NCBI GenBank assembly: GCA_001029795.1
Contig: CP011216.1
Location: 418,577 to 482,576, forward strand
Length of the DNA: 64,000 nucleotides
Direction: 5' to 3'
Origin: a candidate division Kazan bacterium GW2011_GWA1_50_15
GTDB taxonomy: Bacteria; Patescibacteriota; Kazan-3B-28
The translations under genes were made by a program, and so were the position numbers. Shown piece by piece: positions 35,124 to 46,000 of the stretch; within the stretch, counting starts at the first letter, position 1, and each line of letters starts with the position of its first letter. Under the pieces are notes generated by a model, which was given only the letters and a program-made list of their open reading frames with translations, did not search any database and was not told the origin of the DNA.

Positions 35124-37058
35124 ATGTGGGGGAAAATTCTGTGTTTGGGAGTCGGCGTTGGACTCGGGGTGGGTCTGGCTCAATTTGTGTTGGCAGACGA
35201 TACGATGCCGGATGTGGTCATCAGCGAAGTGGCTTGGGCCGGCAGCACTAAATCAGCATCCGACGAGTGGATTGAATTGGAGAATATGACCGGACAAGCG
35301 ATTGACCTAAGTGGTTGGCAACTGCTTATCGATAATCCTGGCACGGATTACGCCATTAGCTTAACTGGCATGATCCCTAGCTGGGGATTTTTTCTTGTCG
35401 CCAAATATTCCGAAACAAATCCCAATTCAGCATTAGAGGTGACCGTCAACCTTAACCGAGAAGAAGAAGGATTTGGGATTACGAATAGCGGTTTCTCTAT
35501 CGAGCTTACAAACCCCGAGGAGATACTAGTGGATACAGTATGGGATATTGATACCCCTCCAGACTTTGCCTATCGACACGGGGCAACTGACGCCTCTTCA
35601 ATGGAACGTCTGACACCAATCACCGATGGGGTGTTAACCAGTAGCTGGCAAGCTCCTAGCGATTCAGTCAATTTCAAAATTATAGAGGGTTCAACGAATT
35701 GGGGCACACCCGGTGCTGAAAATTCGATCATCACCGACCCACCCACGCTTACTACCATCACCCCGGCCACAGTGACGCAAGGCGAAACTCTGGGAGTAGA
35801 AAGTATCACCGGCACAGGATTTAGCTTAGAACCGCCTCCCGCGGTCCAGTTAATCCATGGGGGATTCGCGCTGGATGCCACAACCTTACATGTGGCTAAT
35901 CCTGAATTGATCGATCAAGCACGGTTTACCACTGTCTCAAACACGGAACTGGGGTGGTGGGACCTCACCCTGGTAAATCCCGACGGCAAGATAGCCACCT
36001 TACCCGATGCGGTAGAAGTGGTGGCCCCCGAACCCGAATACGATCTCAGCTCGACTGTTCGAATTAACGAAATTTATCCTCACCCGAACACCACCAGCAA
36101 CGATGAGTTTATCGAGCTTTATAATTTGGGGGATAAGGCAGTTAATCTAACTGGCTGGATATTGGATGATGTAACAACCGGCGGCTCGTCGCCATATACG
36201 CTTGATAATATAAATATTGGCGCCAAAAGTTTTTTGGTACTGTATAAACCGCAAAGTAAACTCACGTTGAATGACAATGGCGACTCTGTCTATCTAATTA
36301 GGCCGGATAACTTTGTGTTGGATCAAGTGGACTACACCAGCGCGGAGCAGGGTCAAACTTTGTCACGATTCGCGATCGGTTGGAAGTGGACTGCGACGCC
36401 GACGCCGAACGGCGCCAATGTCTTAACTGGGCCGGAGGACGACACGCCGCCAAGCGAACCGCCGTTGGAGCCAGACGACGAACCGTCGGCCCCGCAGCAT
36501 CAACCGGGCGAGCTGCTCATCACTGAATTGCTGCCCAACCCAAGCGGCGGGGAAGAATTTATCGAACTACACAATCCCGGGAAAACCGCAGTCGATTTGA
36601 CCGACTGGGAACTCAAGGACGCGGCTGGTAAAAAATATACCATCGGCGATTTCGATGTGACGATCCAAGCCGTTTCGCTCGCCGTCCAGCCGGGGCAGTA
36701 TATCGTCGTCACTCAGGGTATGTCCGGGTTGGCTTTGAACAATAGCGGCGGGGAAACGGTCAACTTGCTTGACCCCAATGGAGTAATTATTGCGAGCGTG
36801 TCATATCCAGACAAAGCGCCGGCCGGTGCGGCCTATGCGCTAGTGGACGATAGTTTGTGGACTTGGGTATCTAGCCCCACGCCGGGGCAGCCGAATGTGG
36901 TAATACTGTCCGAAGATATGACCGAACCGTTGCCAGAAATCATTGTACCCGAGACCTTGCCCGTGACCGGTAGCCCGATGCGACGTTGGCTGGGAATTTT
37001 GCTGACCAGTTTTGCCCTAGCAGGCGTGGTATTCTGGAAACGCAGAGAGAACTCTTAA
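35124..37058 (+). CDS. cell-wall-anchored surface protein with three lamin-tail domains and C-terminal LPXTG sorting signal
   Basis: signal peptide; three LTD-like units (ISEV...DEWIELEN...IDLSGWQL; RINEIYP...EFIELYN...NLTGWIL; LLITELLPNP...EFIELHN...DLTDWEL); C-terminus LPVTG, hydrophobic helix, KRREN tail. Confidence 0.75.
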   Translation: MWGKILCLGVGVGLGVGLAQFVLADDTMPDVVISEVAWAGSTKSASDEWIELENMTGQAIDLSGWQLLIDNPGTDYAISLTGMIPSWGFFLVAKYSETNPNSALEVTVNLNREEEGFGITNSGFSIELTNPEEILVDTVWDIDTPPDFAYRHGATDASSMERLTPITDGVLTSSWQAPSDSVNFKIIEGSTNWGTPGAENSIITDPPTLTTITPATVTQGETLGVESITGTGFSLEPPPAVQLIHGGFALDATTLHVANPELIDQARFTTVSNTELGWWDLTLVNPDGKIATLPDAVEVVAPEPEYDLSSTVRINEIYPHPNTTSNDEFIELYNLGDKAVNLTGWILDDVTTGGSSPYTLDNINIGAKSFLVLYKPQSKLTLNDNGDSVYLIRPDNFVLDQVDYTSAEQGQTLSRFAIGWKWTATPTPNGANVLTGPEDDTPPSEPPLEPDDEPSAPQHQPGELLITELLPNPSGGEEFIELHNPGKTAVDLTDWELKDAAGKKYTIGDFDVTIQAVSLAVQPGQYIVVTQGMSGLALNNSGGETVNLLDPNGVIIASVSYPDKAPAGAAYALVDDSLWTWVSSPTPGQPNVVILSEDMTEPLPEIIVPETLPVTGSPMRRWLGILLTSFALAGVVFWKRRENS

Positions 37059-37069
37059 CTCTAATCTAG

Positions 37070-37130
37070 CGTCATGCTGAACTTGTTTCAGCGTCTCGAA
37101 TGAGACCCTGAAATAAAATTCAGGGTGACG
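37070..37130. repeat. intergenic copy of the MITE-like palindromic element family
   Basis: cgtcatgctgaacttgtttcagcg...accctgaaataaaattcagggtgacg: same termini and internal hairpins as the copy at 27770-27836. Confidence 0.7.
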
Positions 37131-37141
37131 GCACAAAATAT

Positions 37142-37585
37142 ATGTTACGCATTGTTACTAACAACTTGGCCGCTACTCATAAGCTAGGTGAGGCTATTGG
37201 GAAGAACTTAAAAGGCGACGAGACATTGGCTTTGGTGGCACCACTCGGCGGAGGCAAGACCTCGTTCACGCAAGAGTTGGCCAAGGGTCTTGGCATAAAA
37301 AAATTAGTCATCAGCCCGACCTTCGTGTTGGAGCGGACATATAAAGGCCGGCACCCTCTGCATCATTTTGATATGTACCGCATCGAGGTGGAGGACGCCG
37401 ACTCGACCGGGCTGTCGGATATTTTGGGCGAGGCGGTCGTGGTGGTGGAGTGGGCGGAAAAGTTAAAGTCAGTGTTGCCGGAAGATACCATTTGGGCGAC
37501 CATCAAAATAGTAGGGGAGAATACCAGAGAGTTCATATTCGAGTACCCCGAAAGTCGTAGTTATGTCTTCCAAAATGTTAAATAA
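37142..37585 (+). CDS. tsaE: tRNA threonylcarbamoyladenosine biosynthesis protein TsaE
   Basis: Walker A APLGGGKTSF, about 147 aa, followed by tsaB. Confidence 0.8.
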   Translation: MLRIVTNNLAATHKLGEAIGKNLKGDETLALVAPLGGGKTSFTQELAKGLGIKKLVISPTFVLERTYKGRHPLHHFDMYRIEVEDADSTGLSDILGEAVVVVEWAEKLKSVLPEDTIWATIKIVGENTREFIFEYPESRSYVFQNVK

Positions 37586-38192
37586 TATTCTCGGTATCGA
37601 CACCTCCCACGAGGAAACTGTCATTGGTTTGAACGGGAAGCTCGTGGTGTGGAAGTCAGTCAGAAATCAATCAAAAGAGCTGCTGCCCAAGATAGATAAA
37701 CTGCTCCAAGAGCAGAAAATTAAGCCAGCCAAATTAAAAGGGGTGGCAGTGAATATTGGCCCGGGTTCATTCACCGGTCTGCGCGTCGGTGTCACCGTCG
37801 CCAATGGTTTTGGCTACGGCCTGAAACTGCCGGTGGCCGGCATCAGCGAGTTTGATGTCGTCAAAATGCTCTACCCAAAAGTGGATATTATCGTACTGGA
37901 CGCCAAGCGGGGAGAGCTGTTCATCCAGGCCAGTAAGACCGCACCAAAATTAATTCCGGCCGGAAAACTTGGTGGTCTCATCAAGACCGGCACCCGAGTT
38001 TATCTCGACGATTATCGTCTCGTGCCTGCCACCCATGAGCAACTAAAAAAAGCGGGAACGATCTACATTCCCAACCTTACCCGCAGTCAAAAAATGACGG
38101 CAATGCTGACCGCTAAGCTTCCTAAAAAATTCGCCCAAGTCCTGCCGGTCTATCTGCGCGGAGCAAACATCACCAAATCCAAAAAGAAATAG
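37563..38192 (+). CDS. tsaB: tRNA threonylcarbamoyladenosine biosynthesis protein TsaB (YeaZ-like)
   Basis: LGIDTS N-terminus and GPGSFTGLRVG motif; alternative ATG at 37575. Confidence 0.75.
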   Translation: MSSKMLNNILGIDTSHEETVIGLNGKLVVWKSVRNQSKELLPKIDKLLQEQKIKPAKLKGVAVNIGPGSFTGLRVGVTVANGFGYGLKLPVAGISEFDVVKMLYPKVDIIVLDAKRGELFIQASKTAPKLIPAGKLGGLIKTGTRVYLDDYRLVPATHEQLKKAGTIYIPNLTRSQKMTAMLTAKLPKKFAQVLPVYLRGANITKSKKK

Positions 38193-38300
38193 CCCCAGAC
38201 ATAAGTGCCCGGGGCCATTGGCTTGGGTCACATTCTTCTGCGCAGGCACTGCCTTCACTTGAGGATTGCGCCTCGTCCGTCCATCAGGCCACCGCCGTGT

Positions 38301-38336
38301 AAAAAAGTTCACCGGCACACCCGGTGCTTTTATTTT
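38301..38336. terminator. bidirectional intrinsic terminator
   Basis: hairpin caccgg-cacac-ccggtg preceded by AAAAAAG and followed by CTTTTATTTTA. Confidence 0.7.
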
Positions 38337-38337
38337 A

Positions 38338-38640
38338 TCAAAATCCCATCAAAAATATCTGCTCGCCGCTGGCGCGCCGAAGAGCGGGTGAGGTTTCAAT
38401 GGTAGAATTGCGAAAGTTCTCGGGATTATTTAGTATAGTCTGGACATAATCGGTGGGGGAGATGGTCGAAGCCGTAACCGTCGGCGCTTCGGCCACTGTC
38501 GCGGCTTGCGTGGGTTGCAGAATCAAGTTAATCTCTTCGCTAAGCCAGACCACGCCGGCCAGTAAAATGTAACCCACCACCAGTACACTAAACATGCCGA
38601 GAGTTAAAAACCCAAAATGTCGGCGCTGGTGCTTAATCAT
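38338..38640 (-). CDS. small membrane-anchored hypothetical protein
   Basis: 100 aa, one TM helix; last gene of the giant-protein operon. Confidence 0.5.
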   Translation of the reverse strand: MIKHQRRHFGFLTLGMFSVLVVGYILLAGVVWLSEEINLILQPTQAATVAEAPTVTASTISPTDYVQTILNNPENFRNSTIETSPALRRASGEQIFLMGF

Positions 38641-41600
38641 ATTTTGCCTTCTTCCAACATCTTCCTCTCTATGTCTGGCAGGGTGCTGATAAAGTAATCC
38701 TGGTCATCGAAGTAGAGAGACTTAGTCATCCGGATGAGAGTCCCTTGACCGATCACCCCACCAGAGAGCGAAGAATAAGTGGCGTTGATACTGATCGAAA
38801 TAAAGCGGTCAACCCGGCCGCCAAGATAGGTGATGTCAAATTCGATGGATGGGTCATCAGCGGTGCCTGACCAAACCAGACTAAAATAAGCCCGGTTGTA
38901 AAGGTTATCGCTTCCGCCCCGCACAGGCGACACCGTCTGGCCATTTTGGGTTACACGGACACTCTTGGGGTTCATATTTAGGCCCAGTTCGGCTACGGGC
39001 AGATGGCCCCAATTGTTCTTGGCAGCATTCTTAGCCGCAGTAGTTACTGGTCGGACGGTAACGTGTACTGACTGGCTAACGGCACTGGGCATCCGGTCAC
39101 GACTGATTACGAGCATACCGTTGCCGTACTGGTTACTCGCTGCCGGCGCCGCGCTTCGAGATAAAGTCTCTACGTCCTTGGGTCGGGCGTCAGCTGACAT
39201 TTGGTCGGCATAGTAGACCGCAGTCTGGGACCAGGGCACAACATCACCACCGAGAACGCTGACCGACTCATAGCGGTTCGCGCGACCACCTAAGTAGACT
39301 ATAGCGTATTTGGCCGAGCCATCGGTTAGGGGCTGGTTAAGAATTGCATCATAGCTTCCGTCTGGTTTCATTTGGAAAAACATCAGCCCCTGGATTGCAT
39401 AAGTGCCCTCTTGTTGGTGAACGGGGCTGCCCTGGGTAACCAAGGGGGTGGGGTCATCGCCCACATCTAGTTTTAGCGTGCTGATAATTCTATCAATGAT
39501 CGGTTTATAGTTGGTTTCATATTCATCCTTTGTGGCATAGATGTAGTTGAGGCTTGGATCATTACCACTGCGCGATGCGCCAGAAACAGAGATAGATAGT
39601 GGCTTGGCGTCAGCCAACGGCTGGCCATCCTTATCCACCAATTTTGCCTCAATGTAGAGAGGGCTCCCATCGGTCGGTAGCATATTAGCACTCTTAGTGA
39701 TAACAACTCGGTTGCCATAGAGATCGGGGTTAACAAAGTCCAAGGGAGCGACTTTGTCGGATAGGATCTCCTGGTTCGTGCCGGGCTGTTGGTTGCTGGG
39801 GATGGCTGGCTGACCGAGCGGGGTTGACCCAGAGCTAGAGGCTCCGCTGCTACAATAGAGTTTGTCTCCGCGTTTGACGTCGGTAACCGCGGTTAGTTTC
39901 CAAGCGCTGTAGAGCGCATCATAGTACGGCATTAGAATATTGCGGGTGTTGCCAAAGAAACTATCGATATAGGCGCGCACCTCGCTCTGCATCTTGGTTG
40001 ATTCGGCTAGCTGTTTGGTAAAGTCCCCGGAGACTAGCGAAAGCCCAAAGGCCACTCCGATCAGTCCGAGCCGCGGGAAGAGTTGGGAGTCGGGGGTATT
40101 GCGTATTTGATCGATAATGTCCAGCAGGGCGAAGTAAGCATAGGTGCCAATATCTTGCCGGTAGTTAGGCATGTCGACAGGATTACCGTTTTCATCCACG
40201 GCTTGCCCTACCCAAAAGATTGGGTTGTTAGTACCGTAGAGTGCACCGCGCCCACCCACAAATAGTATCCCGTCATCGAGCTTAGTAGCCGTAGTGTATG
40301 GCGACATCGACTGCAGGCTCAAGGCGGGTACCTCGCAGTAGTCGGTTGATTCGCCGGGGGCTTTCGAGAGCGGCTGGCCGCTGCCGTCCACTTGAATGGT
40401 CGACACGATCATTCCAGCCTTTTCATCACCGGGGCCCCGGGGATCCCTAGTGGTAGCGGTCCACTTAAAGGTTAGAAGCGGTTCCCAAGTATTTTCATCT
40501 AGGTCATAGATAAAAGTGCCGTTGTCGGCGCTGGTCAGGATATACTGGTTTTTATCCCAGCGGGTAGCAGTGACCAGGTTCTCCTGGAATGGCGAAGCGC
40601 TGGCTGAGTAAGTATCCAATGTCACGCCGGCTCGACTGTATAGACCAATCTTGGTCAACCGATCAACCAGCGCCAACCCCTGGCTTTTGAGCACCATGTT
40701 CTGCACCTGCTCGTTAGATAGCCCAGTCCCGAGCCCCGCTTTCTCTAGAGCCTGCCGGGTGTCCTCGTATATCGGCCCAGTAACTGTTGGGACACTCACT
40801 GTTTCGACTTGACCAGTGACAATATTATAGACATCAAAGGGCGCGATATTTTTAGTGTAAAAATCCTTGATCGTGTCACTGTACTGTTTACGAGGGAAAA
40901 GCCACCAGTCCAATTTGTGCCCCAAGATAGCAACAATGTCGCTAGTGGAAAGAGATTTTTCTTTGTTGAGATAGTGGTTAAAGAAATACCAGTCGAGCAT
41001 GTCACTGATATTCAGACTGGTGGCTGTACGAGGGTCTCCGTCCCCGCCGACCAGGTAGACTTTTTGAGGACGACCGCCAGTGTCGTACTGGACCAGGGGC
41101 ATGATGCCGGCCCGCGGGTAGCGCAGTTCGCCGGCAAAGTTAAATTCATCTTTAAAACCGTCATAAATAACAACATTAGTCAGCACCCCGCCAGTTAGAA
41201 GTACTTGACCATCGGTTAGCGGTACCATCACTAGATCAGAATCTGTGGCGATCGGTTCGGGCAGCGGTTCGAACCGCCCCGTGTCGAGATCCAATATTTC
41301 ACCTTCTTGTAAATAGTAGCTGGTTGACAGGTAACCAGAGCTGCCCTGCCAATTGCCAATAAACTTCATGATAACTTCTTTGATAGTCCCTAAGAATTTG
41401 GTTGGGCCGATCGAGCCCCGGAGGGCATGCTTAGGCGATTCTTTGATTATCAAATCTTTGTCGCTGTTGATACTAGGCAGATAGAGCCGTTCTTTGTCAT
41501 AAGTAACGCTAAATAGCCAACCACCCTGCCCATCATCGTAGGCTCCCGGCAGCCGCAGCCTGGAAAAGCGCGCGTACTGGTAGAGTTTTTGCAAACCCTT

Positions 41601-43052
41601 CAGCGTATCCGGCGAAGCGCTAGCATTAGTATTGGTATCTGGCTCGGGCAGCTTGGGGGCGGTATAGTCTTGGTCGCGAGATCCACCAGCAGACGACGAG
41701 GAGGACCCAGAGGACGAAGTCCCGCGCCGCTTAACAAAGGCCATAGTTTGAGCTTGCTGGTCTTGCCAGCGGACTTTAACATCGATGCCGATGGCGTCAT
41801 GAAATTCAAAGTCTTCGTCCCCAGCTACCCCAATGTTGTATGTATAACTATTGAGTCCGAAGAGGGGGGCGCTGGGGTAGAGAGTGGCCGTCACTTGGCG
41901 AGTCCGCCCGGTGAGATCTCGTTCCTCCACATTGGACAGGTCGGATCTGACTGCGGTGCCATTAGTTAACCGCAAAAATCGGCCGCCGCCCTGGATGGTG
42001 AGTGTCAGGTAGGCACGTGGGATGACCAACTGGCCAGCGCCGGTTGGTTCCGGAACCGACACTTTCACTGCAAGTGTGGACTGCTCGCCGGCGCTGATAG
42101 TCCCCGGGTCGGCTTCAGCCGTGACCTTAACTTCTTTAGTCTCGGGCTCCTCAATATCTTGGCCAGCCCGTTCTTGTTTAAGCCAATCATACGAGGGGAC
42201 TCCCCCCTTCAAGTGTTCTTCCATATCGCGGCTTGAGTCGTTGGGGTCGCTGCTCCAAAACGCTTCCGCCCGTCCGCCCAGGATCAAAACCTTGCTGGTC
42301 CCGGGGATTAGTACCGCCTGCTGCCCCTGACGCCCAACGAACATATTAGCCAGATAGCCGGATCGGATATCGGCGCTGTCATAGACCCCGGTTTCTTTAA
42401 AGTAGTCTTTGAGCCAAATAAACTCGTGCCGCTTAGTCATAAACACCTCGCCGGTGTAGGTTGATTCGTGCACCAGACCAATCCCCCAGACCCATTTAAA
42501 AGGGATGGGGCTGCCGGTGGCTATCTCGCCGCCTAGGAGCAATACATTGCCATCAGGCAGAAGGGTAGCGGAATGAAAGGCGCGGGGTAGGCGCATATTG
42601 TCGACGGCCTGGAAGGTTTCAGAATAAGCCGGTTCCTTGGTGTCCTTGGGAATATAGAGAAAGGCTTGGTGGGTTACTCTGCCGTTGTCGCCCACACCCC
42701 CAGCGATCAGTACGGTGCCGTCACCCAGAGCAGTGGCGGTGTGGCCGTAGCGCTTGTGTGCGCCAAGATAAAGTTGGAGCTCGCCCTCGGCGTGGATGGT
42801 GGAGACGGCTTGCTTCCCCTGCAGCGTGGCTTTGCCTCTCTCCCAGAAACCCGGCGGAGTTGTGTCACCCTGGCTATAAACCAAATATCGCCCAGGATAG
42901 TCGTCGCCTCGTTTGCCAGCCCCCACCCGCTTGAGAGCGTATTGGCTGCTAAAGTCCTGCACGGTTTCGGCCAAAGCCGGCAACGGCGAACTACCGCCCA
43001 GAATGGCGGCGGCGACTAGCCAGAGGATGATCTTTTGTGTTTGTTTTGGCAT
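38637..43052 (-). CDS. giant secreted Kelch-repeat (beta-propeller) surface protein
   Basis: start moved to ATG at 43050-43052 (MPKQTQK plus signal peptide IILWLVAAAILGGSSPLPALA); the ORF-track start 43163 would overlap the upstream gene by 95 nt; Kelch-like GHTATALGDGTVLIAGG and RAFHSATLLPDGNVLLLGG. Confidence 0.7.
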   Translation of the reverse strand: MPKQTQKIILWLVAAAILGGSSPLPALAETVQDFSSQYALKRVGAGKRGDDYPGRYLVYSQGDTTPPGFWERGKATLQGKQAVSTIHAEGELQLYLGAHKRYGHTATALGDGTVLIAGGVGDNGRVTHQAFLYIPKDTKEPAYSETFQAVDNMRLPRAFHSATLLPDGNVLLLGGEIATGSPIPFKWVWGIGLVHESTYTGEVFMTKRHEFIWLKDYFKETGVYDSADIRSGYLANMFVGRQGQQAVLIPGTSKVLILGGRAEAFWSSDPNDSSRDMEEHLKGGVPSYDWLKQERAGQDIEEPETKEVKVTAEADPGTISAGEQSTLAVKVSVPEPTGAGQLVIPRAYLTLTIQGGGRFLRLTNGTAVRSDLSNVEERDLTGRTRQVTATLYPSAPLFGLNSYTYNIGVAGDEDFEFHDAIGIDVKVRWQDQQAQTMAFVKRRGTSSSGSSSSSAGGSRDQDYTAPKLPEPDTNTNASASPDTLKGLQKLYQYARFSRLRLPGAYDDGQGGWLFSVTYDKERLYLPSINSDKDLIIKESPKHALRGSIGPTKFLGTIKEVIMKFIGNWQGSSGYLSTSYYLQEGEILDLDTGRFEPLPEPIATDSDLVMVPLTDGQVLLTGGVLTNVVIYDGFKDEFNFAGELRYPRAGIMPLVQYDTGGRPQKVYLVGGDGDPRTATSLNISDMLDWYFFNHYLNKEKSLSTSDIVAILGHKLDWWLFPRKQYSDTIKDFYTKNIAPFDVYNIVTGQVETVSVPTVTGPIYEDTRQALEKAGLGTGLSNEQVQNMVLKSQGLALVDRLTKIGLYSRAGVTLDTYSASASPFQENLVTATRWDKNQYILTSADNGTFIYDLDENTWEPLLTFKWTATTRDPRGPGDEKAGMIVSTIQVDGSGQPLSKAPGESTDYCEVPALSLQSMSPYTTATKLDDGILFVGGRGALYGTNNPIFWVGQAVDENGNPVDMPNYRQDIGTYAYFALLDIIDQIRNTPDSQLFPRLGLIGVAFGLSLVSGDFTKQLAESTKMQSEVRAYIDSFFGNTRNILMPYYDALYSAWKLTAVTDVKRGDKLYCSSGASSSGSTPLGQPAIPSNQQPGTNQEILSDKVAPLDFVNPDLYGNRVVITKSANMLPTDGSPLYIEAKLVDKDGQPLADAKPLSISVSGASRSGNDPSLNYIYATKDEYETNYKPIIDRIISTLKLDVGDDPTPLVTQGSPVHQQEGTYAIQGLMFFQMKPDGSYDAILNQPLTDGSAKYAIVYLGGRANRYESVSVLGGDVVPWSQTAVYYADQMSADARPKDVETLSRSAAPAASNQYGNGMLVISRDRMPSAVSQSVHVTVRPVTTAAKNAAKNNWGHLPVAELGLNMNPKSVRVTQNGQTVSPVRGGSDNLYNRAYFSLVWSGTADDPSIEFDITYLGGRVDRFISISINATYSSLSGGVIGQGTLIRMTKSLYFDDQDYFISTLPDIERKMLEEGKI

Positions 43053-43068
43053 ATTGTGATGCGAAACC

Positions 43069-46000
43069 TTACGTGCCTGGACGTCTCTGTCCTGACTCGA
43101 AGAAGTTATTGAACAAAAAGACGAAGTCGAGCGCGTCAACGAAGGTGTTGTGATTAAAGTCACCGAACACTGGAGTGCGGGCGTACTCTTGCTGGAAGAC
43201 CGCGAAATCTAGAGCATTGATGGTATTGTCGCGGATAAAGTCAATGTCGCCGATCAGAGCGGTTGGCTGGGTAGTAACGTTCACTGCGCTAGTGCCGCCG
43301 ATGAAGGAAGCGACCACCGCCAAATGCTGTGCCGGTTTGACCCAGACGTCATAGACTCGGCCGGCCAGGACGGCAATCTGCGGCAAGCCAACCACTTGCC
43401 GGGTAGCGCTGAGTTTATAGACTCCGTCGATCACCGGCGACTGACCTCCAGCGACTAGCACGAACACATAGACCGAATCGGCAGTGGTGTAATCGTAGGC
43501 GCTGCCCTCCAGCGGCACGGTAACGGTGAGGCTTATCCGAGGACCGGTGGTGCGGGTTTTGGTAATACTAGTGCCGTTGGCGGTGCCCTCGGTCGTGATC
43601 GGGCCGACATTCGGGACTACTGCACGAGCATCGATCCGGGCTATCCCTTCGGTATCGTCCGCCAGATAGGTGGTAGTGGCTACTCCGTTAACAATTGGGA
43701 GTTTGGTCTGGTTATTGGCAAAACTGCCGCCGCCGGTTAGCACCAAGTCTACTTTCTGGTCTGCCGGGACTGTATCCGAACCACCTTGCGACTGGCGCAG
43801 TGTCACAGTGATCGTAGAAGAGAGTTGATTACCGGCCAGATCGATAGCCGTGGGGTTAGCCACGACCGTAAAGTCTAGATCGTGGGTGGCTACGGTCTTG
43901 TAGATCTGCACGCTGGCGGTTAGCAAGGGACCACCATTGACTGCGCTGGCGCGGGCGGTAATGGTCGCTACCCCCGGCGTGGTATTCACCGTGTAGGTCG
44001 AAGTGGCCTTACCTTGAGTGTTAGTGTCAGCTTGGATGGGCTGCACGGCACCTCCGTCGGTACCTTTATCAAAGGCTACCGTCCGTCCGCCTATCCGAGT
44101 AAAACTGCCGGACGCGTTATCGAGCCGGCCGACCGTTGCCGTCAGCGCCGAGGTCTCCCGGCCATCAGGGACTAGTTGGGTGGGATTGGCCCGCAGATCG
44201 ATGAGATATCCGCCTGGGACGGTAACTAAAAAGTCCTGTTCGCCGCCGCCGCCAGAGATGAGCATAGCGGCTCGTTCAACTTTAGTTCCGATCTCAGTTA
44301 CCACCTCAACGTTCCACCAACCCGGCGTAGCGTTAGGTGAGATTTCAAGCGTAGCTTGCAAAGCGTCTAGATCATCAACTATTACATTGGTCGCCTTGAC
44401 CCCGGTTGGATCGCCGATATCGGTGGGCGCATAGATGTCACTAGGGGTGAACGTAACCGTCGTATAGCCGGAATTGGTAACATCAAAATTGGTATCATCG
44501 GTACCTGTGATCGAAACCGTTAGAGTTCTCCCGCGGTCACTCTTGTTGGGAGTAATAGCGGTGACCTGAGGTACGTTGGGTTGACCAGCCGGCAATACCT
44601 CAAAGTACTGGGGCTGATAACTGGGATTAGGACCTAACCAAGTGAAGATCCAAGCCCCGTACTGAGGAACACTTTGCAGGACTAAGACTTGCCAGGGACC
44701 AGTTGGGGCGGCCGCTCCGATATCGATACCGAACCGTACCGTATGCGGGTCCACAAGAGTTTTGCTTTTATCCCAAACTATTTGAGCGCTGCCGCCAACT
44801 AATTTATTAATGCTCAGCCCAGGGGCAGCGAGAAACTTTTTATTCGTACCGGAGCCTATCTCGGTCCATGCGGTTAACTCGGACGAGTTGGGCTGGGTTC
44901 CGTTAGTGGGATTGAACAGGCTGGCTGAGGCACCATTGACCGTCCCTTGAGTATCGGGTGTAAACGAGGCACCCTGGTCATTGCTAACAAAATGGATAAG
45001 CGAACCGTCCGGGGCGGGGGACCCGTCGGAGAGCCGCAAGTAGGCGGTAACGTTAGCGGTTTTGCCCGGTTCCAACACCGCGTCACTGCTGATAATTTCT
45101 AGTTGATAGAACATGAGCGACGGGTCGGCTTCAACGACCAGAAAACGGACCGGGGGTACTCCGAGGGCGGTGGCCTCGATATAAGTTAACCCCGCTAACG
45201 TCCCGGCACGATAAGTTACCCGCGCCATCCCTTGAAGATCGGTCTTGACCGTACTATCCCCCACAAACTGACCGTTAGTTGGATGGCCGGAGACAATACT
45301 CGACATCCGGTTGAAGGTTACATTAACGTTGGATAAGGGGCCTCGGTTATCCATCAGCTTGACGCTCAGCTCGGGTGCATCTGTCCCGTTGGCAGTCAGG
45401 TAGATCGTAGAGGGTGACTTAGAAACAAAGCCACCGGGTTTCACAAAATAGATAGCGGCACCTTGGTTAAACTCCACTCCCTTCCCTACGACCTCAACTG
45501 TGCTATGAGTCCCTTGCACCCCACTAGCAGGCGAGACCGCGGTAACTAGCGGCCGGAAGCTGACCACCGTCTCGCTCATGGCCGCATAGTTCCAGGCTCC
45601 CTCGGTCAGTTCAAATGTGACAAATAGCCGGGCATCTCCAGCTTCGGCCGAAGTGAGATTGAGTTTTATCTGTCCATCGGCATCCGAAATAACTGCGGCC
45701 GCTAACCCGAACGATTCGGGCGGACCGAATGAGTCGACGATCGGGTAGGCTGGACTAAATTCGCTAAAGGTATCTTGGCGGAAGGCGCCGCCAGGGGTCT
45801 TAGCATACTCGGCGATCCAAGTCTTTACCCCTTCGACCGGCTTATTATTCTCATCAAACAGAGTGGCGGTTAACTCGACCTTGTCTATGTCGTCGGCATA
45901 GAGACCGGCCGTGCGATCCGCCTCCAGCGTGGCCGATTGCGGTTGGCCGAATGATCCGCTATACAACGGCCCGATATACTCTACTAAACTTGAATTGCTG

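Noticed and set aside
43053-43163. N-terminal 37-codon extension of the Kelch-protein ORF in the ORF track
   Set aside because: It would overlap the upstream giant gene by 95 nt; an internal ATG at 43052 is followed by a textbook signal peptide.
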